The notes: generated from the letters alone by a model not told the origin. Shown: positions 36,272-50,530, counted from the first letter of the stretch. The stretch: 64,000 nucleotides of DNA from Vitrella brassicaformis CCMP3155 (GCA_001179505.1 CDMY01000354.1:1-64000), one strand, 5' to 3'. A program made the numbers and translations.

Positions 36272-37685
36272 CACACAGACATACAGACATTCAGACAGAC
36301 AGAGAGACAGCCCTATACAGCAGCGAGAGACTCAAAATTCACCCCCTTGCATGCAACCCAGCCCCACCACACCACACGCACACACACACACACGCAGAGA
36401 GACATACATACAGAAAGGAAGACAGACAGACAGGCCCACAGAGCTAATGAGCTCTCACACACAGCTGCTCGCTTGTTTCTTTCGTCCCGCCCCCAACTAA
36501 TGAATGCAATGCAGCGGCTTCGGTGCGGGTCACGTGCTGGACTGACCAGCAGGCACGTGTTGCGGCCGTGTCAGGTCTTGACACGACCACAGCGCGTACC
36601 CAAACGGTTCGCCACACACAGCCCGCACTCTGCCCGCCTGCCTGCAATCGTGTGTGTCGCTCGCTTCGTTCCAGATCTCTGTCGGCAAATGAAATGAACC
36701 AAAAGGGGAGCTGTGCACAGATCTCATGCCGCGAGAGCACCAAGAAAGATGGACAGGGCACCGACGTACGGGCGCCCGTGACAAGACGGACGGGATGGAA
36801 AGGCAGAGAGAGAGAGATAGAGAGAGAGATGGCCGGACGGCTGGCTGGCCATCCATCAGAGAAAGGAGGATCTCGATCATTAATCGACACGGAAGAATGG
36901 GCACGGTAGCTACACCCATACACAACCATCCATTCACTCACTCACGCAGACACGAACATTCGAATATCATGAATTCGATCCTCTCTCTCTCCTTCCCTCC
37001 CCCCCCCCCCCNNNNNNNNNNNNNNNNNNNNNNNNNNNNNNNNNNNNNNNNNNNNNNNNNNNNNNNNNNNNNNNNNNNNNNNNNNNNNNNNNNNNNNNNN
37101 NNNNNNNNNNNNNNNNNNNNNNNNNNNNNNNNNNNNNNNNNNNNNNNNNNNNNNNNNNNNNNNNNNNNNNNNNNNNNNNNNNNNNNNNNNNNNNNNNNNN
37201 NNNNNNNNNNNNNNNNNNNNNNNNNNNNNNNNNNNNNNNNNNNNNNNNNNNNNNNNNNNNNNNNNNNNNNNNNNNNNNNNNNNNNNNNNNNNNNNNNNNN
37301 NNNNNNNNNNNCCCCCCCCCCCCCCCCCTTCTCTCTCTGTCTTTTGTGACCCTTGCTTTGCCCGCTTCGCTCCGCTTCTCCGTCCTGTCCGTGTTTTGTT
37401 TGCTCTTAGACGAAAAACGCCAGACGCCAGATAGGAGATTGATAGCTTGCCGACCGACATACACAAAAGCAGACAGACAGATCGACATACAGACAGATCG
37501 ACATACAGGTCGATAGAGATACATAGAGGTGGGTATCCACACGCTTGCTCGATCGCTCGCTGGCTCGCTCACATGCACACATGCACACATGCATGTGATA
37601 CAATACACACCCCACTCCCCTGCCCCCTGTCCCCTGCCCCCTCCCCCGGGCTGTGAGTCAGTGAGTCAGTCAGTTAGTCAGTCAG

Positions 37686-39568
37686 TCAAATGAACCCGAT
37701 GGGGTCGCAGCAGTAGATGTCTTCCTCACCGAAGCCCTCCTCATCGCCGTCACTCCTACTCCACCACGAGCCCCCCCGGCTGTGGAGCTTCTCGTCCCCA
37801 CCGCCACCGCCACCGCCGTCACTTGCCTCCAGCTGATGCACAGGATGCACAGGATGCTCTCCCGCCAGGCTCCTCGTCCGTGTGTGGGTGTGGGTGTGGG
37901 TGTATGTGGTCGGCTGCGACGGCAGCGAGGCCGCGGTGCCGATGCTGACATCGGGGCTGACGCCGGCCATGAGCCGGGCGAGGGGTGTCTCCCTGTCGTC
38001 ACTGTCGCGCCCCAGCATGGCGGCCTCCGAGTAGATGCGCCGCATCTCGGGCATCCCTGGAGGGTTTTGTGGCTTGGAGGGCCGATTGGCCCACCAGTAG
38101 TCGAGGCTCGTGCTGATGGAAGAATTGGAGTTTTGCGACGAGGCGCCCTCGAGGTCGCTGGGGATGGGTGGACGGAGGTTGTCGGGGGTGGAGCCGTCTA
38201 AGTCGGCCAGTGTGTCGATGCTGGCTCGGTGGTGGATGGGGTGGATGGGCAGGGGGCGGGGCAGCGATGGGAAGAACGGAGTGGACACACTCTCCGTCGA
38301 CGACACAGAACGACTCACCACCAACTGAAGGAGCCAATCAACACATGAATAAGCATCCATCCATCCATCCATTGGCTCTCTCTGTGCAGTGCTGCACCGT
38401 CCGGCCGTACCTGCTTGCCCTCGTCGCTGTGTATGGGCGACGCCGCCTCTCCCTCGTTGTCTGTCTGGGTGCCCCGGGCAACCACATTGCCGATGAAGCT
38501 CGCGCGCCTCTTGCTGATGGGCGAGGGGGAGGGAGAGGGGGACGTCGACGCACGGCCCAGGTTGACCAGACCCTCCACACGCCGACGTGCGCGCTGCAGC
38601 TGGGAGGCAGGCACCAGCACACGGTAGTTGAGTAGGGCCTGAACCATTGCATGACAGACAGACAGACAGACAGACAGAAGGCACAGACAGAGTTGTTCGA
38701 CCAGCACACACGGCAGGCGCAGGAGTGGGTGCACCGCACTGACCAGCAGCTGCGCGATGTCTCGATTAAACACTTCAGCAAGCCTCCTTGTCTGGCAGCA
38801 CAGTCGATTGGGACTCGCCGTCGCCCCCCCGCTAGCACGGGCCGCACCCGCACCGCCCCCACTCTCCCCCTCTATCCGCCTCAGCGCCTCCGAGCAGTAT
38901 CGCAGTGGCCATATGAATGACCGTGCCGAGATCTGCTCGTCCTCGATGAGGCAGAAGCTCAGGTAGAGGCACTCGAACGCCCTCCACAGGTCCTTGGCCG
39001 CGGGCTCCCTCTCGCCCTCGCCATCATGGCCACCGTGCCCATGACCCTCACCAGTTGGGAGGGCCGGGGTGCCATGGCCGCCATGGCTGGCTCGTGGGGT
39101 GGAGCTCCTGTTGAGCTCGCGCTTGGCCTCGGCGTCCTCTAGCCGGTCGAGCAGACACATGGAGTGGTAGACGACCGTCGCGAGGTCCTCCTTGGGCAGC
39201 TGGCGAGACTGCAGGATCTCCGCCGCCCGGATGATGGCCATCTCGTACTCAATGGTGGCATTCTTGATGCACGTCCGCAGCAGGGCCAGCAGGGCGACAC
39301 GAAACGAGGGATGGATGCGCTGCCACATGCCGATGACGCGCTCGGGAGTGGGCAGCGGGGGCAGGGGATGAGATGGGGTGGTAGTCAGGACGGCCTTGTC
39401 GACCTCCAAATGTGTCGGCGGCGACGCCGAGGGCAGCGACGCCGACTTCGAGCGGCATTGCCAGGGCAGCTGGTGGGTCGCGGGGGGTGCGTTTGCGTGA
39501 GGGAGGGAATGTGCCACACGAGGGAGGCCGGGTGGCTCCTCTGGGATAGCTGGCAAAGTCTCCTCCAT
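37686..39568 (-). CDS. Hypothetical protein, possible cyclin-like helical domain plus S/P-rich tail
   Basis: Long stop-free first exon with GC3-rich codons; VVYHSMCLLDRL..RAFECLYLSFCLIEDEQIS resembles cyclin-box helices. Further exons ALLNYRVLVP.. and LVVSRSVSSTES.. Confidence 0.65.
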
Positions 39569-40241
39569 CTCGACTCTCACAAACACGTCTCCTCTATCAT
39601 ATTACAGCTCGAATTGCGGAAGGGCGCCACACTCGTCCGCTGCGATACTCAATGCGTCGCTAATAGCGCCCTCATGAGAAGCACGATTATACGCGACAAG
39701 CGATGTCAATCAGAGGAAGTTCCTCTCGCGATGAAGCGAGGCGTCCACTAGGCGCTGCTGTCGTTTTCGCTGTGTCGTTGATGCGCGCGCTATCTCTCCC
39801 TTTCTCGGCTCGCCTTCGGTTTCACGGACCATAAGCTCGCAGCGGGAGAGGAGGAAAAAAGGAGAGAGGGAAGAGGACGTGTCGAAGAGCAAGACACAGC
39901 GATGCACCTCCCCCGCACACACATCCATGGCCGCAGCTTGCCATTCTGCGTAGGACAGGAATAATAGTACATCTTAACGGCCAAAACAGGGGCGAGGACC
40001 TGCGTGCCGCGCCTTCCACGTCGGCACACACACATATATACATACTATTATAACATGGTTCCATTCAAGCTCCGCTCTTCTGTGATGATGCCGTTGCTGC
40101 CGTACACTGTGGCAGCCACCTCAGCTGAACGACTCTACTGAGCTGAAGGACGACGTGTCGCGCTTTGCTTCTCACCCCCTCCTCTCCCCCTCTCCCCGAC
40201 CCCCTTTGCTCTATTTAAAAGCCTGATTTTGAAGGAGGAGG

Positions 40242-40619
40242 ATGGCATTGCCTCTTGTGGCGCCCTCGTGGCTGACGTGGCCCGAGAGCGAGACCAGCAA
40301 GCGCAACTTCATCGACGTCATCGACGGCCACCTCATCGGCGATGGGCTGCTGTCCCCCGCTGCAGAGCACCCAGAGGAGATGGCTGAGTACCAGACCATC
40401 ATTCGCAACATTCTGCGGCTGTTCCAAGCGCCCCAGGGGCTGGACGGCGTGACGGTGTTTGAGGAGATCGTGCACAAGTTCCGGTTTCAGGAGGACAGCT
40501 ACCACAACCAGTATGAGGACATCGCATACTCGCTCATTTCCATCGCACTCAGAGACCACCCTCCCACCACCGAGGTGCGGTTGGTGCGTCCACACACAAG
40601 GCGTCAACACTCGCGGCCA

Positions 40620-40650
<31 letters not shown>

Positions 40651-43600
40651 GTGTGTGGGTGGTTGGTCAGGTGACGCGTGCGATGCGCGACAGGGGGTTC
40701 ACTCGGCTGGAGGAGTACGTGCTGTATCGGTTCCACTGGAAGCTCTTCAAGAACTACCGCAGGTGGTGCCCCTACGTCGGCGTCAAACCGTTCCCGTGGG
40801 GCGAGGGCAGGGCCAAGCCAAAGAAAAGGACCTCGGCAGCCGTGGCCTACGAGAAACACAAGGAGAAGCAGAGGAAGAACCCAAAGACGCTCCTGAGTAA
40901 GAAAGAAAGACGTCTTGGGGCGTGTATGTGTGTATGTGTACGTGTGTGCGTGTCGCTTCGTTCAGTGCTGATGGCCCGCGAGATAGCGTTGTGGAAGCTG
41001 CTGTGGGGCGAGTCGGCGAACCTGCGTCACTGCCCCGAGATGCTGCTGTTCATCTTCCACTGGATGGTCAAGAGCTGGGACGACGTCGAGCCCCACAAGA
41101 TGCCCGCCTACATCGAGACCATCAGCCCGGTCATCAACATGTTCTGGGAAGAGATGCGGTGCGTGGACATGCACCTACCTGTGGGCGTGAGCTGCCTGCA
41201 CCCAAATGTGTGTCTGCCGATTTGTCCGTCAGTCGTGCCTCTGGCGACCACCCCGTCAAGATGAACTACGAGGACTTCAACGAAATATTTCACAAGGCCC
41301 CGTTGGTGCACAGGTGGCTGGGCGTGGTGGGCAGGGCCGGCCTGGGCGGCGTGTGGAAGGGCAACCTCATCGCCGTCATCAGGATGGAGACGCAGTCGCG
41401 CCAGCTCGTCCATATACACCCACCCAGAGGGCGGAGGAAGACCTTCATCGAGCAGCGGAGCTACCTGCATGTAAGTGGGTGGGTGGGGGAGGGAGGGAGG
41501 GAGGGAGGGAGGCAGGGACGGGTGCGTGCGAGGCTTGGGTGTAAGTGTTGCACATACATGTTATGCGCTCATTCGTTCGTCTCGTCGACAGTTCTTCCGC
41601 ACCTGGTGGCGGTTCTACCACGCCCACCTGGTCACCCTTCTCATTCTGATGGCGTTCCGCGCACGGCAAAAAGGTCGGTGAGTGCCACACCACACCACAC
41701 CGCAATTCCGACCGTCTGTGTGTGTGTTGTGTGGGGTGATCAGGGTGGGACTGGGATGGTTGGTGGGGCATGGTGGCGATGGGGTCCTCTGGAGGCGGGG
41801 TCGTTCGCGAGATGCTGGACATCTTCTTCTACTGGCTGGCGCCCATGCCCTTCCTGCAGCGGGCCTACGACGTCATCGAGAACATGAGGCGGCTCAACTG
41901 GTACCCTACCCCATCTAGTCCACACAGCCATTCATTCTCTTCTCGCCATGGTGTGTGTGGTGTGCAGGTGGGCTCGTCAAGGCATGGCGGCCGTCCGGTG
42001 GGGGTTCTTCCTGGCCGCCGTGTACGTCAGGCACACGAGCCCCAGTGGCCTGAGCGACCCCCTCCTGCAGCCGACAGGGTACATCTGCGGCGGCTACCTC
42101 GTTTTCTACGCTGCCCACGGGCTGTCGTACTTTCTCATCCGTGCGCGGAGGGCCGTGCGGTGCTGGCGCAGGAACCCTTCCAACTGGAGCTCTCACGCGA
42201 CGTACTATGGAAACGCCACCATGCTCAGCGACGAGTACAGACACTTGGTGGGCGTCGAGGGTGGGCGGGTGGGTCGGTGGGGGCTGGAAGGTGGCCGTGC
42301 ACAGTGCGTTGGTGTGTGCGCGTGTGTGTGTGTGTGTGTGCAGGCGGCGTATGGGCTGTTTTGGGCGCCGATTATTGTGTCGAAGCTGTACATGACCTAC
42401 ACCTTTCTGGTCAGCTCCTTCATGGAGTTTCTGGAGCTCGTCAACAGCTCGGACGGAGAGCCGCTCACGTGCGCACACACCTACCACCACAGACGCAGAC
42501 ACAGACACAAGACACACGGACTGTAGCAGAGTATGTGTGCCCGGAGTGGTGATGCCTTGGTGTGTCGGCTCGCCTCCTTCTTTGCAGGTATCAGTTTCTG
42601 TGGTTTCGTTTTGTGGACATGCCCAAGGTGACGCTGTTCATTTACTACGTGCCACCCATGTTCCTGCTCTTTTTCTACGATATCATGGTCAGCCAGTCAG
42701 GCGCCGACAGACCGGCCGAACGACCTGTGTGTGTGTGTGTGTGGTCAGTTTTACTTTTCGATATTCCAATCTTTTGTCAGCTGGCTCATTGGATGGTTCA
42801 GGGGGGTAAGTGTTAGCCAGTGAGTCCGACAGCGGAACAGACAGGCAGGCGAGGGCAGCTGCTTGTGTGCATGTACCTCTTTCTTCGTGTGTGTGTGTCA
42901 GATCGGCTTCATCCACAACCTTTCGGTTATCCAAAAGGTCTTCCCTCTGCTGCCAGTACAGGTGGGCCCCCACTCTCCCACCCTCCGTGACGCACACACA
43001 CACATCCATCCATCCATCCATGTGTCTGTTGTGCCTGTGTGTTCCTGGTTGGTTGGTTGGTTGATGCGTGTGCAGTACGACCGTCTGCTGTCCGAAGATG
43101 CGGGCGGTTCCCTCCACGGCCTGCAGCTCCCCACGTCGCCCTCGCCCAACGCCAATGGCTCCGGGCTCGACTGGCTGCTGCATTGCATCATGTGCTGCCT
43201 CTGCTGCGGCGTGTTCCGACGGAAGCAGCGGATGAAGGTTACGCCCAAGTCTTACTTCAGGTATGTCATGTCAGCCACGCACACAGCACAGATGACATTG
43301 CTGGTGGTGGGGGTGCGATGGGCGTCAGGTCTCACTCGCGGCCAAAGTACGCTCACCCGCTGCGGAAAACGTCCCGGCAATCGTCCCGCCCCACCCCGAC
43401 CTCGAACATGGCCCTGCCCCTCCCCCCGACCAACACCCGCAACACAGACACATCAGACCATCACAGGAAAGCCGCCAATGCGTCGGTGGCTGTGGATGAA
43501 GACACAGCTGCTGCTGATGGTACTGCTGGTGAGACCCTCACCAGCGTGCTCATCCGCCCCTCTCTGCCCCTCCCGACATCCACGTACACCTCCGCCCCTC

Positions 43601-46600
43601 CCTCGACATGCAGGCGGCGCACCCTGCCTTTGCTGCACGCACAAGGGCCCAACGCGGAGGACAGCGAGTCAGATTATTCCCCGCGGCCCACGGCGGCTTG
43701 CGGTGCCACCGGCGACCCATTCGGCCCTGCTGCTCACGCCGGTCATACTGGCGGCCTCGCCAATGCGCCGTGTCGGAGGAAGGAGCCTGCAGACGTGCTG
43801 GGGGGTGGTGGGTCTTGGTGGCACCGTGAGATCGCTGCCGTGTATGACAACACCGTCCCGGCAGAGACTGTCGAGCACCAAATCCGAAGGTGGGCGGGTG
43901 GGTGGGTGGGTGGTCGTGTGTGTGACGCAGTTGTCCGACCCATTCATTGATTGCTCAGGTTTGGTTTTCTGTGGAACGAGGTGGTTGAGTCATGGCGCGA
44001 GGAGGATTCCATCGACAACGCCGAGAGGTGCAAGCTGCAGTTCAACGAGCTGCCGGCAATACACTTCAAAGACATCAGTGTGAGTACTCGCACACAGGAG
44101 AGAGAGACGCAAGGCCAGGCCATTCACCCTTCCTTCCTTCCTGCAGGAGCTGACCATGGCGAGTTGCCATGAGGAGGGCGATGTGGGCGTGTCGTGGGAT
44201 GGTGAGATCCGGCATCCGGTGTGGGTGTACTGCGACGTCCTCAAGACCTTCCAAAGGGAATGTGAGAAGCACCAGAGCCACGTCAATGACATCTGGGAGG
44301 GGCTGCGGGTGAGTGAGTCAGCGAGTGCCTCTGAGACGCTGTCCATCCCCCCTAATACGCACCCTTCCCTCCCTCCCTCCCTGCCTCCCTCCCTCTGTGT
44401 GTCTTCCTCTCAGGCCCATTATCGCTTCAATGACAACTTCACCCAACTACACCTGCAAGAAGTCTTGGACCTCCCTCCCACATCCACAGCAATCACCACC
44501 ACCAGCAGCAGCCAATGGGCTCTCACAGCCAAGGCCAAAGTCAAGAGAGCCCTCACGAAGGCGGGCGAAGACTTCGTCAGGAGGCACTTCGGCAAGTCCA
44601 CGGTGACCCTGGCCGACCCGCGCAAGGACAGCCACCAGTTTCTGCTGCGGCTGGCGCTGCTGGAGATCTATGAGGCGCTGTGCTTGTACCTGACGAGGTT
44701 CTTCCCCGACGGGGGCAGCATCGCCTTCAAGCTCTGCTCGCTTGTCCGACGGGTGAGTAAGCCGTTTGACGGGCAACACACAGACGGCAACAGATGTCTG
44801 TCTGCATGTCCGTGCTGATCAGGTGGGCCGTGACCCTTTCTGCCTGTGTTTGCTGAATTTGAATGCGGCCAAGGACTTGCAGGCCACCCTGGCGGCCGTC
44901 TTCGCCGCAGCACAGGGCGACAACGCGGTCAAAGTGGAGGAGAGCGGCGTCAGGCTGCTCAAGGCGCTTCAAAAGGTGGCCCTCCCCGCCCTCCTGTCCA
45001 CTCGCGGCTCGCCCGTGTTGGCGTCACGAGGCATGCTGCGGCACTTCCCGGAGCTGGTGGAGTTCCTCGAGGCCGTCGGCGAGACACTCGCCATCAGACA
45101 GTCCCTCAAGTGGTGGGTGGGCAAGAGACCCTCATCCATCCATCCACCCACCCACCCATCCGGCCACTTGGCGTGTGTGTGTTGTTTGTGTCAGTGTGGG
45201 CAAGGCGGACACCCACACCCACACCAACACGCCCATGTCGACTGACGCCTCCTTCCGCTCGTCGAGCGAGACGGCCAGCTGGGACGACACAGAGACAGAG
45301 ACCGAGACCGAGACTGAGACAGGGACAAAGACCGCCCTGGACAGCCTGATGGACCGCGTGGACAGGGACTTCGGCTCCAGCCGGGCCAGTAGTGGGTCCG
45401 ACGTCTTCTACAGCCCACGATACGACACCCCCACCTCCACTTTCTCGTCATCAGAGGCGTCTCCACATGTACCATCATACCCCCCGGTGAGGGACTTCGA
45501 AGCACATGCTCGTCGGCTCGGTGTGGGAGAAAGTGGGACGGCGAGGTACGTATCGCCTGCTGCCGCAACACCGCCACTGCCAGTGGCGAGCACAGAGGCC
45601 TCTGTGGGCAGTGGTGGTGGTGGTGGTGGGGAAAGCGACATGGACGAGTGCGAGTGTGGTGATGCGACTGCTGTCAAAGGCGAGGAGACGGCCCGCGAAG
45701 AAGAGTGGTGGAGCGTAGATGACCTGCAGGTGGGTGGGTGGGTGGGTGATGGCAACGGAGCATGGATGTTTGGTCTGTTGTGTTGTGTTGTGCTGTGTTG
45801 TGTTGTGTTGTGGTTGTGGTTGTGCTGCATTTAGGAAAGGGTTCTGGTGCATCAGCCTCTGAGGTTATCTGATGCGCTGAAGCTCTTCTTCCGCCGGGCC
45901 AACCGCATCCTCACAGCACATGGATACAGACTCAAGACGGGGCTCGCACAGACCAGGTACGCGATCCTCACCCACACCCACACCCACACCCACGCACACG
46001 TTGCATCCCTCTCTGCCGTGTGTGTGGGTGGGTGTGCAGGTTGAAGTATTTCTCGAGCTCGCTGTTCATGGAGATGCCCGAGGCGCCCAGCGTGCAGCGG
46101 ATGGTGTCCATGTGCACATTCACCCCCACATACACGGAGGACGCCATGATGAACGCAGCTGTAACCCACCCAACAGCACTAAATGATGGATGGATGGAGG
46201 GGTGTGTGTGTGTTTGTGTGTGGTGCAGATGCTGAACGAGAAGACGATGGAGGGCGTGTGTCAGTTCGACTTCATCCGCACCATGTACAGCCAGGAGTGG
46301 GCCAACTTCCTGGAGAGGATGGACCCACAGGGGGTGCGATACGACTGGTACCAGCACAGCCAGACACACAGGGGCGTCCTCAGCAAAGACACCAACACTA
46401 TGGCCGCCAAGTAAGGGCGCAGTGATCCATGGACATCCATCCACAGACGTGCCAAAATGCGTCGTGCTGTGTGTGTGTGTGTGTGTGCGTGTGTGTGTGC
46501 GTGTATAGGTTTGAGAAGGACATAGAGGAGTGGGCGTCCAACAGGACGCAGACCCTCTGGCGCACACTGAGGTCCGTCATGTACTACGAACAAGCCTGCA

Positions 46601-49600
46601 GGATGCTGGTCAGTCAGTCAGCCACCCAACACTGCACACACCCATCACCCTGTCTGGCTGTCTGACAGGCGTGGATGGAGTTGCAGGCGCAGCGGGGGCT
46701 GAGGGTGCACCTGTGCCACGACCGCAACCTGCTGTCCTTCGAGCAGAACGAGCGGCTCAACTGGCAGAAGGTCCCCGTCCAGCCAGACACACCGGAGAAG
46801 ATGATAGGTGAGTCAGCGGGTGTGCTAATGGTGGTGCTCCCATTGCCTGCCTGCCTGCCTGCCTGCCTGTCTTCCTGCGTGTCTGGTCTGTAGAGTTCCT
46901 GCGTCGATGGGACCGGTGGCACAAGCACAGGACGTCCACCGACCACAGGCCCTACAATAACGACCCCGTTGCAAAGGTGGGAAGCAGAGCACTCACAGCG
47001 AACTCCCCTCACCTGTCTGTGGGCCCATGTGTGTGTATGCCTTTCCTTTGCTCGTTCATCAGGCGCTGGCAGTGCTGCGGTTCCAGTACGTCTTGACGGC
47101 GCAGACACTGGGCGAGGACCTCAAGGCCCCTCCCTCCAACATCTCCGCCGCCAACCGAGTCCGGTGCATCACCGAGATGTGCAGGCGCTACCCCACGATG
47201 CGCGTGGCGGCCATCGAGAACTGCGACATCGTCCTTCCCTCGGGCAAGGCCAAGACGGCGCGTTGCTCGGTCTTGTACAGGTGGGACGTCAGCCAGCAGC
47301 GGCTGGTGCGGGTGTATAGGATCGTGCTGGGGCTGCTGGAGGGCGCCGCAGGGGCCAGGTCAGAGAGACAGACACAGACACACCATTCGGTGGATGGTGC
47401 GTTTCCGTGTGACTTGAATGCTCTCTCTCTCTCTCTCTGTGCGTGTGTCTGCAGGAATCCTATTGTCGGGGAGGGCAAGAGTGAGAACCAGAACCACGCC
47501 ATCATCTTCACGCGCGGCGAGACCATCCAGGCCATCGACATGAACCAGGAAATGTACCTAGAGGAGGCCCTCAAGCTGCGCAACCTCCTGCAAGAGTTCG
47601 CCAAAGACTCCAAGATGGCCATTATGGGATTCCGCGAGCACGCCATCCTCCCCGGGGCCCTGACGCCCTCCTACCTGGCGAGTGTGCAGCAGACGTGCTT
47701 CACTTCCCACGACGCGCGGGCCTTCCACATGCCCATGCGAGTGCGGTTCCACTACGGCCACCCTGACGTGTTGGACCGGTACCTCGTGCAGACGATGGGC
47801 GGCATGAGCAGGGGTAGCGCCATTATCAACGTGACCGAGGACGTCTACTGCGGCATGAATTACGTCCAGAGAGGATACTCTTCCTCACAAGTCGACTACA
47901 TCATGGTAAATCCAATCGCACCACTACCCACACACATGGATGGATGGATGGATGTGTGTCCGTGTGTGTGTCCAGTGTTCGAAGGGCTGGCCGAACGACC
48001 TGGATCAAGTGGTGGCGTTCATGCGCAAGGTGGCGTGCGGGAGCGCCGAGGCGCAGACGTCCAGCCGGGACGCTTACAGGATGGCTTACGGGATGGACTT
48101 CCTGCGCCTGCTGTCGCTCTTCGCGGCCTTCCCCGGGTGGAACATCCTCAATCCGCTGGGGTTCTTCCTCCTGTGGCTGAGAATGTACTCCCGGATACTC
48201 ATCCACGCCTTCATCGGTGAGAGAGAGCAGGGACGCATGCGTATCCCTCTCTCTGTCCCTCTGTGTGTGCGTGTGTGGTGTGGGTGGGTGGGTGGGTGGG
48301 TGGGTGACACGCTCAGCCTATATCCCTGGGCGGCTGCTGACCTTTATGAAGGGAGAGGATTCTCGCGCGATTGACGGGATGGAAGTGTTCTGGCTGGTCC
48401 TGGTCGTACTCTTCTACCTCAAGTAAATCCGGAGAGGGAGGGAGCTTGTATTGTGTCTCATTCCTGCCTCCACACTGTGTGTGTCCGTGTGGTAGGTACT
48501 GCTCGATGGTTGCTATGGAGAACGGCGTCGGTGCGGGCATCGAGCACCTGTGGTTCCACATCCGGTCGTTGTCTCCCCTACACTACACCTTCACAAGTAA
48601 ACCGTCCACCCATCCAGCCACCCATCCAGCCACACCGACGTGTGTGTGATGTGATGCGGTATGTCTTCCTCTGTCCTCTGTGCAGTCGGCACATGGGCCA
48701 GCAGCTTCGACGAGACGATCCTGTTCGGCCGGGCCAAGTACCTGAATGCTGGCCGGGGGTTTACCGTCAACCACAGAGACCTCATCCACCTCTGGAAGCA
48801 ATACTACTACTCCCACTTCCAAGTCGCCGTGGAGCTGCTGCTCCTGCTCTTCTATCTGCGCGTCAGTCAGTGTTGGAGGGAGAGTGGAGGGAGTGTGGGG
48901 CGTTCGTTGCACGTGTGTGTCACGTGTCGTGTGGGTTTGTGTGTGTGTGTGTTTGTGTGTGTGTGCAGTTTCTGCAGGATATGCACCCGATAAGAGCTGT
49001 GAGCATGTGGTGGCTGTACCTGCTGGCGGGGTCGTTCCTGTACGTGCCGCACCTCTACAACCCCATGGGCCTCTCGTGGGGCCACCTCACCTCCGATATC
49101 ATCACCTTCTCAAAGTGGATGCGGTCAACGGTCAGTGCGCTGCGCTGCGTTTCCATCCTCCCTCCCTCCCCCCCTCACTCGTGTGTGTGTGTGTGTGTGT
49201 GTATATATATCAGGAGAGGCATGACATTGACGAGAGTTGGTACGCCTGGTGGCGGCAGCAGATGGAGTTCCGCAACAGCGCCTCGCCACTCAACAAGGTC
49301 ATCATCTTCACACGCGAGTGGAGGTTCCTGCTCCTAGCCTTCTGCTTCGCCAAAGCAGCCAACTGGTGGGTGCGTCACGGTGCGTTGCACAAAGGAGGCG
49401 AGCGATGCATGGATGGATGGCCACACGGTGTGCAGGCAATGGCATGAGCTGATAAGCCTGAGCATGCCTAAAGGGGGCTGGACGTACGAGAGCGTCGTCA
49501 CGTGGGCCACCAGCCAGGAGGACCTGGAGCGCCTGGCTGAGAAGAGCCCTTTGCTGGCGCCGCTGATCTTCACGGTGCTGCTGGTGGTGGCCATGGGCAT

Positions 49601-50530
49601 GTCCACCGACAGGGGCAAGAAGACGCACCAACCCAACCTCCACAGCACTCTCACAACGGTATCCCCTACCCTCCCACAAGAAACACTGTGTCTGTCTGTC
49701 TGTCTCTGTCTCTCCTCCGATGAATGCACGGTTTGCAGCATCGAGTGATATCCCGTTTCGTGACCCTGGCAGCCGGAGCGGTGCAGATCGGTATAGTGGT
49801 GCTCCTGCTGACCCCTCATGTGACTGCCCCCACCTACCGCCTCTCCTTTGGCACTGTCATCGGCGGCATGGCGGCCTGCCTGCTCTCCTTCTCCTGCGTG
49901 GCCAACCTCCTGGCAGAGTGCTTCGGCGTCCTCGAGTGGGCCCCGGTCGTCGAGACCATGCGATTGTGGCACTTTGGGCTCGGCATGGTTATCACGAGCC
50001 CGCTGCTGCTTGTCGCTGCGGTGCAGTACCTCCTGAGCCCGAGCGAGATGCAGACGCACTACCTTCTGGCCTCTTATGGCGTGGCAAGAAGCCAGCTGCA
50101 CATGGGTCATGTGCAGAAGATGCTGCACAAGATACGGATGGACAACAAGCAGGAAGCAACGGTCGAGTACACAGCACCGACACCAGCAGCGGCAGCAGCG
50201 GCAGCAACAGCAGCAGCAGCAGCAGCGGAGGCAGGGGAGGAGGGGCCGAAGGACAGTGCACGCAGCAGAAGTAACAGCATCGCCCGGGCAGTTGAGACCC
50301 CTCCCGCCCAGCGGAGCGACCGTCCACTCGTGTTGCCTTTCGACCCCAGAGACACTGCAGGTGTTGGTGGATTGGGGCGGGGAGAGCCTGCTGGCCCCAT
50401 GGCTGCTGCAGGTGGCTGTGGTGGAGGGGCATCGCCATCACCATCGCCCTCGCCCTCGCCATCACCCTCATCGTCGTCCTCGTCGGGTGAGGGTGGTGGC
50501 TGTTGGTCTAGAAGAGCCTTCACAAGATGA
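40242..50530 (+). CDS. 1,3-beta-glucan synthase / callose synthase (GT48, FKS1-like), multi-exon
   Basis: HKFRFQEDS, LFKNYRRWC, WGESANLRHCPE, NYEDFNEIF, KTFIEQRS, WNEVVESWREED, YFSSSLFM, FTPTYTED, EWANFLER, WASNRTQTLWRT, GEGKSENQNHAIIFTRGETIQAIDMNQE, RFHYGHPD, NVTEDVY, AKYLNAGRGF, multiple C-terminal TM helices. Confidence 0.96.

Noticed and set aside
35425-37608. ORFs crossing N runs (also 57564-58224)
   Set aside because: Artefacts of translating gaps.
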